In this document: positions 49,005 to 62,949 of the stretch, one piece after another
Numbering within the stretch: position 1 is the stretch's first letter
Layout: each line of letters begins with the position of its first letter
Assembly: GCA_963809485.1 (NCBI GenBank)
Contig: CAWEJX010000020.1
Span: 352,001 to 416,000, forward strand
DNA length: 64,000 bases
Source of the DNA: an uncultured Acidobacteriota bacterium
GTDB taxonomy: Bacteria > Acidobacteriota > UBA6911
Reading direction: 5' to 3'
Program-made: the position numbers and the translations under genes
The notes under the pieces: generated by a model
Databases searched by the model: none
Told to the model about the DNA's origin: nothing
What the model saw: the letters and a program-made list of their open reading frames with translations, nothing else

Positions 49005-49380
49005 ACGCAACTCCTTTATTGAATCAGATGCGGCGATTATTTAACCACGGATTTCTGCGGATATTGACAGATTTTCACGAATTAATATTGGAGCCGGTCT
49101 GATCCGCAAAAATCTCAAGCAGGCTTCGGCCGGTCATTTTGATGAATGCACCGATATGCTTCAGGAAGTGACAGGGCCTTTTGCTATAAAGGGAGTCGGC
49201 CCAAAGCTCCTTGGCTTTTTTTCGAGAGCCCATAGGGACCGGTGTGGGGCGCCGTGCCGGCAGCACAATCATGATGTACCGCCGACCGATCTGGGTGAAT
49301 CGCATACTGTGTCAAACCCCTGGTCAGCATGCCTTTGTCCACCACGGCATCCGCCTTTTCAGGTGGACGCACCTATGTAT

Positions 49381-49447
49381 GCCGGCGTTCCATGATCCTG
49401 GAACTGTCAAACCCTTTGAGTCGCCCAGCAGATCCGGCGGATTAAGA
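49381..49447. repeat. Degenerate end of the palindromic element family
   Basis: gcgttccatgatcctggaactgtcaaaccctttgagtc resembles the sequences at 52480 and 63030. Confidence 0.5.
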
Positions 49448-49460
49448 GTATGTTTGGCTT

Positions 49461-51851
49461 TTACCCTTTGCCCAGAGCTTGAAGGACTTTGTCCGGAGTT
49501 GCCGGCGATTCGATCCACTTGCCGATCGCGTTGTGGATAGCCATGATGACGAGGTGCGTGTTCGCCAGGGAATGGCTGATGCCGCTGCCTCCGTAACAGG
49601 CGTTGCTGGCGCGCGTTTCCAGAAGCTCCAGGTCCACTCGAGGCATGTCCAGCATGCCGACCTTCTTGTACTCAAACATATTCGTGCTGAGTTTCACTCC
49701 GGTCTTCGGGTCGTAGACATACTCTTCCAGAAGCTGGCATCCTTTGGAGAAATCCATCACCTGGTCGATCTGGCTCTCCAGCGACGTCCGTCGCAAAATC
49801 TTCCCTGGATCCGCAACCACGCCGAACCGGAGGATTTCCACCTCCCCGGTTTCCGTGTCTACGGCAACCTCGCAGGTGGCGACATCCATGACATCCAACC
49901 CCTTGCCGCGTTGGGCCCAGATGGAGGCAGGAGGTTTGCCTGAGTAAGTCGCGAACAAGTTCGCCCGGACGGCTTGCGCAAGCGGAAGTCCCTTGCTTGG
50001 GTCGGCCTTGACGACGACTTTGCCATCCTTCATATCCAGGTCTTCGGGCTTCAGCCCCTTCAGTGGATTGGGCTCGGCCTGCTTTTGGGGGCCTCTCCCC
50101 ATTCCGCCAGCCATCGGAGGATTGTTGGCTTCCTCGACCGCCGTTTCCAGGATCAGCTTTTTCAATTTATTCGCGCATTCTTTAATCGCCCAGGAGGATG
50201 CGGTCGACCCGTCGCTGCCGCCTCCATAAGGCCTATATATTTCATGGGAATCAAGGTCAATGCGGATATCCTTGTACTCGAGGCCCAGCTCTTCGGCTAT
50301 GACCATCGCGTTGCATTCCAGGCCATAGTGGCCGATATTGGGGCCTTTGGACGGCAGATGCACGATGCCGTTTCGCAGCTCAAGTTTGGTGTTATAGACC
50401 ATCCCCGCGTGGCGCGGGCACTGGTTGTAACGGAAGCTTGCTCCGTGCAAACGGCCGTCGGGCAGCTTTTTGGCGCCGGCTTTATGCCAGCTCCAGTTCG
50501 TCATCTTTTTGACGGCCGCGACACACTCTTCATAGCTGGGCACCGGATTGGGGTCGGTCTGAGATTCAGGTCCGTGGAGATTCAGTGTCGCGATGTCTAT
50601 CGGATCCTTGCCCAGCTTGTCGGCAATCCAATAAAGCCCCACCATCAGGGAATCCCAGCCCATTGGATTATGCTGGCCGCTGACGTACATTCTTCCGCAA
50701 TTGCTGTCGACAATATCCATGTTCTGTTTGACGTTCTGGCACCGCGTAGTGAAATAGGGGCCATACGTCTGATCAATTGTGTTGCCGAAACTGGAACTGC
50801 CCCGGACGCCGCCGTCCGCAACGGATAAATCGTCGATGGCCGTAATCAGGCCGTTGCTTTTGAAGCCGATCTTCAGATGTACGTAGCGCTGGCACAGATT
50901 GAAGTCGTACATCTCGTAACGGTTATTGACGCAACGCACGGGGCGGCCGGTCCTTCTGGCAAGCAGAGGTGTCACCAGCTGGGTTTTGCGATTCCCCCAA
51001 TCGCAATATCTGCCTCCCAGGAAATTGCCTTCCCGAAAAATTTTTTCCGGGGGTATACCGTACATGTCTGCGATCGAATCTTCGGTCCAGGCAGGGATAC
51101 CTTCAGCGCGCAGACTCTTTCCTTCGCCGTGATAGGCATCATCGAACCACCAGGCGACAGAACCCGTTGGATTGGGAATATGGCCGGAAAAGGCGGCCGT
51201 GTTGACGTCATATTCGATGATATGGTCCGCTTCGCGGAATCCGGCTTCGATATCTCCCTCGCTGACATTCGAATAGGAAACGTTGCCCTTCTTAGGGGGA
51301 TTTTTGCTGCCGCCGGGTGTTTTAAAACCGCCGCCTCCTCCGCTGTCTTTGGCGTAAGGAGGAGCCGGCCGGATCACGGGCGCGTCCGGTTCCCGTCCTT
51401 TGCGCAGGTCCACAACATGGGGCAGCACTTCCCACTCCACCTTAAGCGCGCGCAAAGCCTCTTCGCAGATGTCCGCATTTTCGGCTACGACGATGACGCC
51501 GACTTCGGCCCCTTCCTGATCCGCGATGTTGTCCAGAAAAGCCTGGCGAGGTCCTCTGGTCATTCCGCCGCCATCGCCGCCGCTCAGCTTCTTGACGTCC
51601 TCATCTTCCCAGGTGAGGACGTCGACGACTCCCGGAATTGCCCTGGCTTTCGCGGTATCGATCGACTTCACGTAAGCGTTCGCGTAAGGGCTTTTGAGAA
51701 ACTTGGCCTCAAGCATGTCGGGAACGACATAATCGATGCCGAATTTTGCGACACCGGATGCTTGCGACCAGGACAATACTCCCGGAAGATTCGGTTTCCC
51801 GACGACTTTGAATTCTTTTCTGGTTCCGTTTATTCCTGCTAAGTCCGCCAT
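49461..51851 (-). CDS. Xanthine dehydrogenase-family molybdopterin-binding subunit
   Basis: LKSPYANA..SIDT..A..IPGV, FLGG, GGGSDGS, EVAVDTETGEV..LR and AIHNAIG...PATP.KVL.AL. Confidence 0.88.
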   Translation of the reverse strand: MADLAGINGTRKEFKVVGKPNLPGVLSWSQASGVAKFGIDYVVPDMLEAKFLKSPYANAYVKSIDTAKARAIPGVVDVLTWEDEDVKKLSGGDGGGMTRGPRQAFLDNIADQEGAEVGVIVVAENADICEEALRALKVEWEVLPHVVDLRKGREPDAPVIRPAPPYAKDSGGGGGFKTPGGSKNPPKKGNVSYSNVSEGDIEAGFREADHIIEYDVNTAAFSGHIPNPTGSVAWWFDDAYHGEGKSLRAEGIPAWTEDSIADMYGIPPEKIFREGNFLGGRYCDWGNRKTQLVTPLLARRTGRPVRCVNNRYEMYDFNLCQRYVHLKIGFKSNGLITAIDDLSVADGGVRGSSSFGNTIDQTYGPYFTTRCQNVKQNMDIVDSNCGRMYVSGQHNPMGWDSLMVGLYWIADKLGKDPIDIATLNLHGPESQTDPNPVPSYEECVAAVKKMTNWSWHKAGAKKLPDGRLHGASFRYNQCPRHAGMVYNTKLELRNGIVHLPSKGPNIGHYGLECNAMVIAEELGLEYKDIRIDLDSHEIYRPYGGGSDGSTASSWAIKECANKLKKLILETAVEEANNPPMAGGMGRGPQKQAEPNPLKGLKPEDLDMKDGKVVVKADPSKGLPLAQAVRANLFATYSGKPPASIWAQRGKGLDVMDVATCEVAVDTETGEVEILRFGVVADPGKILRRTSLESQIDQVMDFSKGCQLLEEYVYDPKTGVKLSTNMFEYKKVGMLDMPRVDLELLETRASNACYGGSGISHSLANTHLVIMAIHNAIGKWIESPATPDKVLQALGKG

Positions 51852-52332
51852 AGTATGCACTTCCTTTCATTTGCCTGGAAGGATCGCGGGATTTTTATCG
51901 ATGCAGATCTCCGCTTCATATCCGGATTCATTTTAGAGCAGTATTCCACCGCGTTTGTGTCCGTGCCCCCTGCGCTACGCAGCGCAAACAGGACCATATC
52001 TTAAAGCCCCCGGACCAATGGCATTATATAACCATGGTGCAAAGCCATGCTCGCAAAATCATCCATTGGGAGCCGTGAACGGCAGTCATGGAGTTCTGAC
52101 GACCGGGGAGGATTTTGGGTTTTCACGGTTTTCCGGATGTTCCCGGATAATGGATATCCAGCCGTATAAGCGTTTATGGCTGCCCGGATTTTTGTCCAGA
52201 GGTTGCCAAATTTGTCAGATGTTTGCTTTCACTGCCGTATCCATGATTTCAGCCGGGAAAGCCTCCGGTTTTCGGAAAGCATGCAGAGGATGAAAAACGC
52301 GCAAGAAAGGCTGCCACATGGAAGCAATCCAA

Positions 52333-52530
52333 CGACCTCCGGCAGGGCCGCGGGCTTGATGGGGCATAGCTCAAGCCGGCCGGATGAACTGCACTGCCTC
52401 CAGCCGCTGGCATGCGCAGGTGAGTCGACCGTTGCCCTATTGATCAGCGTTCCTCAACGTTTTATCTGTGTATGTCGGCGTTCCAGGACCCTGGAACTGT
52501 CAAACTCCGTGGGTCCCCCGGCAGAGCGGA
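52333..52530. mobile_element. Degenerate copy of the palindromic element
   Basis: cctccggcagggccg at one end and gaactgtcaaactccgtgggtcccccggcagagc at the other. Confidence 0.5.
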
Positions 52531-52624
52531 TTGTTTTGCGGCAGAATCCTGTCGCCGGATATGGCTCTAAAACGCACGGCACCTGATGCAAACTGGAAAT
52601 CGACAAGGCATCGGGGCCTTAATC

Positions 52625-52653
52625 TTGACATCGGGTTGAAATCGCTATACCTT
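52625..52653 (+). promoter_or_regulatory. Sigma70-type promoter of fur-katG
   Basis: TTGACA at 52625-52630, a 17-bp spacer, then TACCTT at 52648-52653. Confidence 0.55.
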
Positions 52654-52690
52654 CCCTATTCAGGATTCAGTTCCGATTTAGGATTTAGCC

Positions 52691-55386
<2,696 letters not shown>

Positions 55387-55412
55387 TCCCGGCAACAGAA
55401 CCTCTGAGTACA

Positions 55413-55446
55413 GGGGGGCGTTTCAAAACAGCGTGAAACGCCCCCC
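55413..55446 (+). terminator. GC-rich hairpin after katG
   Basis: ggggggcgtttc pairs with gaaacgcccccc 27 nt after the stop; no clear U-tract. Confidence 0.5.
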
Positions 55447-55465
55447 GCAACAAGCAAATCCCCCT

Positions 55466-55558
55466 AAACGCTGACGTACGCTGACCTTCGCCGACGAACG
55501 CTGAAAAAATATATTTTTTGTCAGCGTTTATCTGCGTTTGTCGGCGTGTGTCAGCGTT
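55466..55558. repeat. Stand-alone palindrome built from the aacgctga/tcagcgtt module
   Basis: aacgctgacgtacgctgacc...gtcagcgtt...gtcagcgtt; the same module lies inside element copies 1-3. Confidence 0.6.
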
Positions 55559-55663
55559 AAAAGGAGTGTATGAAAATCAGGACCTTGGCTCCTATACATT
55601 TATGTTTATCCGCTATGCGGAGCCGGCGGATTCACGCAGGGCAAAGGACAGGGCCGGCAAGGC

Positions 55664-57697
55664 TCAAGGTTTGCCGTCAGACGCATTCTCTTTTTTTGTA
55701 AGGGTGACCGAATTCGGGTCCACAGTGATTTCCTTGAGCTGCGTCATGACCTCCGGCGTTCCGCCCTCCTGGTAGCGGGCGCCCAGGTGTTTGGCAAGAA
55801 ACTTTTCCGCCGCCGCATACAGCGCCATGCTGTTCAGCGGCCGCGCAAAGCCGTGCCCTTCATCGGGCGCGACAATATACTCAACCGGAAACTTCCTGTC
55901 GCGCAGGGCTATTACAATCTGGTCGGATTCGCGCTTGTTTACCCGGGGATCGTTGGCTCCCTGAACAACCAGCAGAGGCGTTTTGATCCTCCCGGCGGAG
56001 TTCAGCGGAGACTGACGTTCCAGCCGGGCTTTGCCTGCCGGTGTGTTCGGATCTCCCATTCGTTTATAAAACATCATTCGAATTTGTTCCCAATATGGAG
56101 GAATGGATTCGAGCAGAGTTATGAGATTGGACGGCGCAACGTAGGCGACCGCCGCGGCGTAAAGGTCCGGTGTAAAGGCAACACCCGCAAGCGTGGCGTA
56201 GCCTCCATAGGATCCGCCCATGATCCCGATTCGTTTCGGGTTTGCAATACCCTTTTCAATGAGATACCTGGCTCCCCAGGTAACATCATCCTGCATTTTC
56301 TCGCCCCACTGGAGATTTCCGGCGTTCAGGAATTTTTTGCCATACCCGGCCGATCCGCGGAAATTCGGCTGCAAAACGGCATAGCCGCGGTTGGCAAGAA
56401 ACTGGACCAGACCGTCATATCCCCAACTGTCGCGCGCCCACGGACCGCCATGAGGCAAAAGAATGGCGGGCAATCCTTTTGGCGGCAAACCCTTGGGAAC
56501 CGTCAAATAGGCCGGAACTTCCAGACCGTCGGAGGACCTGTATCGAACCGGCTGCATGGATGAGAGATACTGACGGTCCAGTTTTTCGCGTATGCGGAAT
56601 TGCAGCGTCAATTGCTTTGTCTGGCGGTCGAACAGGTAGGTTTCGCCCGGTTCCATATCGCTGGAAGCCTCTATCAGCCAGAGACGCTCATCATTGGTAT
56701 GTGAACCAAAACCAATTTGTTTGCCGCCCAGTTTTTTCTGAAGAAGTTTGTAATCGGCCTCGAACGATTTGTTTTTCCAATAAAACCTGGTTTTGTCGTC
56801 GACATACGTGGTGGCGATGAGCTCGTCGGTCAGTTCCGATACAACTGCGCCGCCGAAATCCACGCGCTTCAAGGGATCGGATTCGAATACCTGAGCCTCT
56901 CCCGTATGCGGATCCATCGATTCCAGCCTTGTAAGGTCCACGGTATCTCCCCGATTGGAGGCAATATAGACGCGCTGGTTGTTCCTGTCGAAAACGACAG
57001 GATCGCAGGATTCGAAAACGTTGCATGAATATATCTTCTTGAATTCTCCCGGATCGACACGAAGGATTTCCGTATCTCCGGCGTCAGTGGATCGGGTGGC
57101 CAGACGAAGCTGATCCTTGTGGTCGAAGATCCAATTCGTGATGCGATCGGTGTTCTGCCGGAGGAGTGTCCGTTCACCCGTGGAAATCCTGATTTTGTAA
57201 AGGTCGTGCCACGCCTTGTCGCGATCGTTCAGTCCTGCATAGAGGATGTCCGGTTCGGTCCGGGGAACCGCATAGAGGGCAGCACGTATACCGGCCGCCG
57301 CGGTTATGTTTCGGGACAAAGGCGCGGCGTCGCCTGGCTGAGGAACATCGGAAGGATTTACGGCAAAAATGTTATAGTTCTCGTCGCCTGCTTTATCCTG
57401 AACGAAAAGGATAAACTTCCCGTCGCGGCTCCACAGGTATCCGGGTATCGGCCTCTTTGTATCGGCGCTTACTAACTTGGCTTTGTCGAACGGATCTTCG
57501 GTTTTCTTTACCCAGATGTTCCGCGTACCGTTCCACGGTTTGATGAAGGCAATGAACTTGCCGTCGGGCGATATTTGGGCATTTGTGATTTCGGGGTCAC
57601 CGAAGAACAACTCACGATCAATGATTGGCGGCTGTTGGGCGGCGAGAGGCGAAAACAAAACAACTATCCATAGTAAGGCTAAAGATACACGTTTCAT
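55664..57697 (-). CDS. S9 family (prolyl oligopeptidase-like) peptidase, exported
   Basis: Signal peptide, HGGP, NFRGS.GYG, GGSYGG, NDPRV and EGHG; AGGAGG RBS before ATG 57697. Confidence 0.94.
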   Translation of the reverse strand: MKRVSLALLWIVVLFSPLAAQQPPIIDRELFFGDPEITNAQISPDGKFIAFIKPWNGTRNIWVKKTEDPFDKAKLVSADTKRPIPGYLWSRDGKFILFVQDKAGDENYNIFAVNPSDVPQPGDAAPLSRNITAAAGIRAALYAVPRTEPDILYAGLNDRDKAWHDLYKIRISTGERTLLRQNTDRITNWIFDHKDQLRLATRSTDAGDTEILRVDPGEFKKIYSCNVFESCDPVVFDRNNQRVYIASNRGDTVDLTRLESMDPHTGEAQVFESDPLKRVDFGGAVVSELTDELIATTYVDDKTRFYWKNKSFEADYKLLQKKLGGKQIGFGSHTNDERLWLIEASSDMEPGETYLFDRQTKQLTLQFRIREKLDRQYLSSMQPVRYRSSDGLEVPAYLTVPKGLPPKGLPAILLPHGGPWARDSWGYDGLVQFLANRGYAVLQPNFRGSAGYGKKFLNAGNLQWGEKMQDDVTWGARYLIEKGIANPKRIGIMGGSYGGYATLAGVAFTPDLYAAAVAYVAPSNLITLLESIPPYWEQIRMMFYKRMGDPNTPAGKARLERQSPLNSAGRIKTPLLVVQGANDPRVNKRESDQIVIALRDRKFPVEYIVAPDEGHGFARPLNSMALYAAAEKFLAKHLGARYQEGGTPEVMTQLKEITVDPNSVTLTKKENASDGKP

Positions 57698-58141
57698 GGG
57701 CATCCTCCTGTTATACTGCTGAAACGATTTCCGGCCGCATTGGGTTCCTGGCTTCAAAGACTTTCGAATCAGACTCTCATAATCAAGATACAGTTCCCGA
57801 ACCGGCGATCGGCCGCGCCCTTCTGCAGAATCACCGGCAGTTCCCGGAGGCGGCGTGCCGGAACCGTGTCCAAGGTGAATGATCGAAGCCTGGCGCACTC
57901 GCAAATCAGAATCGCCTGGTTTTACTCCCAAGCGGAAAACCGAAAGTCGGGCGAAAGCCGGAGCACACAAAAATGTCCGCTTGTCCCTGAAGGTGCGTGT
58001 GTAGCAATATTGGTATACCTAAACGCCCCGCCAGTCAATAAACGAAGCGGCAGGCCGTGACGGGCATCGGCAATCAGGATGTGGAGCCTGAATATATCAA
58101 AGCGACCTATGGCAAAATCATCATTTCCAGGAGGCAAGGAT

Positions 58142-58624
58142 ATGGCATCCAAGAAAAAATATGCGAAATGCATCTTATCGAAAAAATTGATCAGGGAAAT
58201 TCCGTACTATACAGGGAAATCCATCGTGGCCCATGACGGAGAACTGAATGCGGATTGCAGCATGGCCTATCACTGCATTTCAAAGCCTATTTCCTTTGAC
58301 GAACCCCATTCGCACAATTTCGTGGAGATGCTTTGCTTCATCGGGGGAAATCCCAGGAATGTCATGGATTTGGGAGCCGAAGTCGTTTTCTACCTGGGCG
58401 GCGAAAAACACGTCATTACCAAATCGGCCGTGGTGGCCATACCTAAAGGATTGGTCCATTGCCCCATAATTATCAGGAAAGTCAAAAAGCCGATTGTGTT
58501 CCTGGAAGTCTCTCTAACCCGCATATGGAAACCGGCGGGAGCCCCGAAGAAAAGAAGCATACCGGGCAGGATTTTGGAAAGCGGGAAAAGCGGCAAAACA
58601 AATTTGAAGCGATCCGCAAAATAG
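58142..58624 (+). CDS. Cupin-fold protein
   Basis: PHSHNFVEMLCFIGGNP...LGAEV...IPKGLVHCP. Confidence 0.75.
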   Translation: MASKKKYAKCILSKKLIREIPYYTGKSIVAHDGELNADCSMAYHCISKPISFDEPHSHNFVEMLCFIGGNPRNVMDLGAEVVFYLGGEKHVITKSAVVAIPKGLVHCPIIIRKVKKPIVFLEVSLTRIWKPAGAPKKRSIPGRILESGKSGKTNLKRSAK

Positions 58625-58648
58625 GCCTGAGGATCGAACTCTTTCTAT

Positions 58649-58728
58649 GTCAAAACCTCCGGCAAAGCTGGAGGCCTGATTGAATATTGGGCAAAGCGGC
58701 TGAAGGCGATCCTTCGGCTTCAGCCGCA
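58649..58728. repeat. Element-end hairpin plus a second palindrome
   Basis: cctccggcaaagctggagg and gcggctgaag...cttcagccgc. Confidence 0.5.
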
Positions 58729-59194
58729 GACACACGCTTAGTGTTTTTAAATCATCGAAATCGGAAATGCCAGGATTCACAGCAGCAAGATTCCTGGAAG
58801 CGAAGTGGATTGGGCACCAGTTCTTGAAGTGCAAGCCGTCCTTGTCTGCCCTTTATCGCAATAATGCCAAAGATTCTGATCTTCATCACAAACACTCCCC
58901 TGCCGGAATCAACCCCTTGATAAGCCTTGTTTTATGTGCAGTTTAGCTGGCTCCCCTCACAATCTGGATTGACCCGGGCAATTGCCGGGATTTCTCCCCC
59001 GAAGAAAACCAAAGGCCGCAATCAAAACGGCCGATAAGGGAAAGAGGCAGGTTTAAGCAGCCTGCCTGTTGTGCTCTATCGGCTGAACAGCTGTGATCTG
59101 TCCAGGATGGTTGCGCGGATCCCTCCTTTAAGGGCTGGCACGTCAAAGCAAAATCCGCGGAGCAACAGGTTCGCGACTTCGGAGGAGGCCATCA

Positions 59195-59818
59195 GTGAAC
59201 ACATCTTCATTTGTTGATTATTACGATCTCATGCAAATCAGCCCTAATGCGGACGACGATACCATCCAGCAGATCTTCCGCCACCTCGCAAAAAAATGGC
59301 ATCCCGACGTTAGTCAAGGCGATCCGGAGCGGTTCAAACTCCTTGTTGAAGCCCACAAGACACTGACAAATCCTGAAAGACGCGCGGCCTATGACCTCAG
59401 ATATCAGAGGTTCTGGGAGGCCAAGTGGAATCTGGCGTCCGATGCCTCCAACAGCCGTTCATTTGTGGACGACAGCGAGGTGCGCGAAGGCCTGCTATCC
59501 TTATATTACGTGCAGCGCAGGAGCAAGATGAACGATCCCGGCCTCGGAGAAATGGAAGTTGCCCGTCTTCTGAGGATACCGATCCACCTTGTCGAGTTTC
59601 ACATCTGGTATTTGAGGGAAAAGGCCTGGATCGAGCGGCTCGAAAACGGCCAACTCGCTATTACGGCGCTTGGCGTCGATGAGGTCGAGAAAGGCCGCTT
59701 GCGGCTCAGCCCGGATCGTCTCCTGACCGCTCATGGTTCCGAGCTTGAAAAAGATGGGTGGAAAGAAAATCCGGATCCGATCCGATCTTTTCCGGTCCAC
59801 AGCGAGAATTGGCGGTGA
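59195..59818 (+). CDS. J-domain (DnaJ-like) protein with a possible C-terminal winged helix
   Basis: DYYDLMQIS..A, KWHPD and L..PERRAAYD; C-terminal FHIWYLREKAWI...AITALG; GGAGG RBS. Confidence 0.85.
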   Translation: MNTSSFVDYYDLMQISPNADDDTIQQIFRHLAKKWHPDVSQGDPERFKLLVEAHKTLTNPERRAAYDLRYQRFWEAKWNLASDASNSRSFVDDSEVREGLLSLYYVQRRSKMNDPGLGEMEVARLLRIPIHLVEFHIWYLREKAWIERLENGQLAITALGVDEVEKGRLRLSPDRLLTAHGSELEKDGWKENPDPIRSFPVHSENWR

Positions 59819-60248
59819 GCAGGGGACGGGCCAAATAATTCCCAAGTTTTGCTCAGAGGTTCAGGGATTTTGAAAACTCCTGCATCAGCGAATACCGACA
59901 CACTCCGAAAAGGCGCTGATATACCTTAACCATTGAGGTAATGGTCAGCATGTCAGTGGCTAAGGCGAGTGCTGTCGCTCATCCGACGGCTTTGAATGTC
60001 CTGCCATCACACTTCCGGCTTCTCCGCAGGTTGTTGACCTAATTGCGCGAAATCAATCAGGCAACCGCTTTCGGACAAATATGCGAATTACGCGGTCCGT
60101 CCCCCTGATTTCACCCCCTGATTTCAGGAACGTGGGCATGATATGCTATGTTCCTAAAGGAGTAGCGAAGCCATTTTCAATAGCGATATTGAGATGCAAC
60201 AGACAGGAAAATCCTTCGCCGGAGATTGGCAACCACGGGAGGTATCCG

Positions 60249-62405
60249 ATGCTCGATCGAAAGGCATCCTGGGTCATAGTCTTCACAATCCTTCTCTTCA
60301 CCATCCAGTCATCGGCCGGAGCCTTGACTGCAGAGGGACAGACGGCCTTGGTCGATAATCCATTTTTCAAACCGTACACCACGCCCTTCGACGTCCCTCC
60401 GTTCGACGCCATCCGGAACGCTCATTATCTACCGGCCTTCGCCGAAGGGATGAAGCGGCAGCTCGCGGAGGTCGAGGCAATCGTCAACGCTCCCGCACCC
60501 CCGGACTACACAAACACGTTCGAGCGGCTGGACAAGACGGGCAAGCTCCTGTCGGACGTCAGCGCCGTGTTCTTCAGCCTGCAGTCGGCCAACACCAACG
60601 ACGAGATGCAGGCGATCGCCCAGGAAATTGCCCCGAAGCTGGCCGCCCACCGCGACAGCATCAACCAGAACCAGAAACTGTTCAAGAGAATCGAGGCTGT
60701 GTACGAAGCGCGTGAGAAGCTGAAGCTGAACCCTGAGCAGAAATACCTGCTCGAGGCGCTTTACAAAGATTTTGTCCGCGCCGGCGCCAAACTGGATGAG
60801 ACACAGAAGGCCAGGCTCAGGGAGATCAACCAGGAGCTCTCGGTGCTCCGTGTCAAGTTCAGCAATAACGTGCTCGCCGATACCAACGCCTTCAAACTCG
60901 TAATCGACAATCCCGCGGACCTGACCGGACTGCCGCCCGCAGTGATCGCCGGAGCCCAGGCCGATGCCCGGCAAGCAGGGCTCGAAGGAAAGTGGATCTT
61001 CACGACCCAGAAACCCAGCATGATCCCCTTCCTGCAATATTCCGAAAACCGCCCGCTCCGGGAAAAGCTCTACACCGCCTACTTCATGCGCTGCAATCAC
61101 AGTGACGACAGGGACAACAAGGAAATCCTCCGGAAAATCATCAATCTGCGGCTCGAGCGCTCGAAACTGCTCGGCTATTCCAACTATGCCGCTTACGCTC
61201 TTGAAACCAACATGGCCAAAAATCCGGAGACTGTAAACAAGTTCCTGAAGCAGCTGTGGGACGGAGCCCTGCCGATGGCGAAGAAGGAAGCCGCAGAACT
61301 GCAGGCTCTCAGCCGCAAGGAGGGCGGAGATTTCGCGCTCGAGCCCTGGGACTGGTGGTTCTACGCAGAGAAGCTCCGGAAGGCCAGGTACGAGTTCGAT
61401 GAATCTGTTCTGCGCCCCTATTTTATGCTCAACAACGTCAGGGACGGCATTTTCGCGCTCTGCGAGAAGCTCTACGGAATCAGGTTCGTCCCGCAGAACG
61501 ACCTGCCCAAGTATCACCCGGACGTGCAGACGTTCGAGGCACAGGAGGCCAACGGGAGCCACATCGGCATTCTGTACATGGACTTCTTCCCGAGAAGCGG
61601 TAAACGCGCTGGCGCCTGGTCCGGAAGCTTGCGGGACCAGCACAGAGTCCAAGGGAAGAACGTTCCGCCGATCGCCACTCTGGTCGGCAATTTCTCGAAG
61701 CCGACGCCCGACGAGCCGTCCCTTCTGAGCCTCGACGATGTCAATACGTTCTTCCACGAGTTCGGGCATGCATTGAATACCCTCTTCTCCAACTGCGACT
61801 CCGTTTACCGGGCCGAATCTCTGGATTCGGTGGAGCTGCCCTCGCAGATCATGGAAAATTGGGCGCTGGAGCCGGACCTGCTCCGGGTGTACGCAAAGCA
61901 CTACAAGACGGGCGAGATCATCCCTCAGAAGCTGATCGACAAGCTCAATCAGAGCCGGCTGTTCAACCAGGGATTCGAAACCGTCGAATACCTCGCGGCC
62001 TCCATACTCGACATGGACTGGCATACGGTCCCAGAGCCAGTGAATGCCGATGTGAACGCGTTCGAATCCGCGTCGATGAAGCGGATCGGCTTGATCCATG
62101 AGATTTTACCGCGCTACCGGAGTCCATATTTTTCGCACATCGTCGGGGGGTATTCGGCAGGGTATTACAGCTACATTTGGGCCGAGGTTCTCGACGCCGA
62201 TGCGTTCCAGGCATTCAAGGAGAAGGGATTGTTCGACCGCGCCACGGCGATGGCTTTCCGCAAGAGCATCCTCGAAAAGAGCGGCACCGATGACGCCGCC
62301 GCGCTCTACCGGAAGTTCCGCGGCACGGATCCCAAAATCGAGCCGCTGCTGAAGCGTCGCGGGCTGCTGCCGGAGAAGGCCGCCGCCGATCCTCAGTCAA
62401 AATAG
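60249..62405 (+). CDS. dcp: M3 family metallopeptidase (peptidyl-dipeptidase Dcp-like)
   Basis: NPF, PPFD, FHEFGH, VELPSQIMENW, YSAGYYSYIWAEVL and FRG.DP.I.PLL. Confidence 0.9.
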   Translation: MLDRKASWVIVFTILLFTIQSSAGALTAEGQTALVDNPFFKPYTTPFDVPPFDAIRNAHYLPAFAEGMKRQLAEVEAIVNAPAPPDYTNTFERLDKTGKLLSDVSAVFFSLQSANTNDEMQAIAQEIAPKLAAHRDSINQNQKLFKRIEAVYEAREKLKLNPEQKYLLEALYKDFVRAGAKLDETQKARLREINQELSVLRVKFSNNVLADTNAFKLVIDNPADLTGLPPAVIAGAQADARQAGLEGKWIFTTQKPSMIPFLQYSENRPLREKLYTAYFMRCNHSDDRDNKEILRKIINLRLERSKLLGYSNYAAYALETNMAKNPETVNKFLKQLWDGALPMAKKEAAELQALSRKEGGDFALEPWDWWFYAEKLRKARYEFDESVLRPYFMLNNVRDGIFALCEKLYGIRFVPQNDLPKYHPDVQTFEAQEANGSHIGILYMDFFPRSGKRAGAWSGSLRDQHRVQGKNVPPIATLVGNFSKPTPDEPSLLSLDDVNTFFHEFGHALNTLFSNCDSVYRAESLDSVELPSQIMENWALEPDLLRVYAKHYKTGEIIPQKLIDKLNQSRLFNQGFETVEYLAASILDMDWHTVPEPVNADVNAFESASMKRIGLIHEILPRYRSPYFSHIVGGYSAGYYSYIWAEVLDADAFQAFKEKGLFDRATAMAFRKSILEKSGTDDAAALYRKFRGTDPKIEPLLKRRGLLPEKAAADPQSK

Positions 62406-62516
62406 GTTGCTTTAGTCCGCTGTGCAGAGTGAATGCCCTTCAGCATTGCTGCTGCGGATGGACAAAGGCAGATAGTGCTCGGATTTCCCGCGATAAAGAA
62501 ACCTATTGGGGTAGCT

Positions 62517-62804
62517 TCAGTTTAGTTTTTGGAGCTTTTCGCCGATTGTGACGACACGGTAGTGTTCCTTGGGCTTGTCCTCCTGGTATACCCAGATATC
62601 GCCGGTCTTGGGATTGAAGAAGAAAAAGCTTTCATCAACATGGTCATCCTTCCTGTGTTGAGGTGTGAACTGAAAGCCTTCCAGTGCCGATGTTGCCTGA
62701 GCTTCTGTCGCGGACGGATGGAAAACCATACGCTCGACAAGCAGGGTTGCCGCGCTCGTTCCCAGAGCGAGCGCAAAAAGCACTATCCAAGAAATATTCT
62801 TCAT
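62517..62804 (-). CDS. Small exported hypothetical protein
   Basis: GGAGG RBS, signal-like N-terminus and FFFFNPKTGDIWVY. Confidence 0.55.
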   Translation of the reverse strand: MKNISWIVLFALALGTSAATLLVERMVFHPSATEAQATSALEGFQFTPQHRKDDHVDESFFFFNPKTGDIWVYQEDKPKEHYRVVTIGEKLQKLN

Positions 62805-62949
62805 GCATTTCCTCCGCAGAGATGACAGGCTGTCTGGATCACGTGGTTCCTGAGCCGTCTCAACATTCGAATCGCGAATAATGGATACTTTCCCAACCAA
62901 TTCTGCTTCCCATTATAAAAATAAACGGATCTGAACAGCATGTGAAGTG

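Noticed and set aside
49075-49380. Short overlapping ORFs that look like a decayed gene
   Set aside because: No family could be recognised with confidence.
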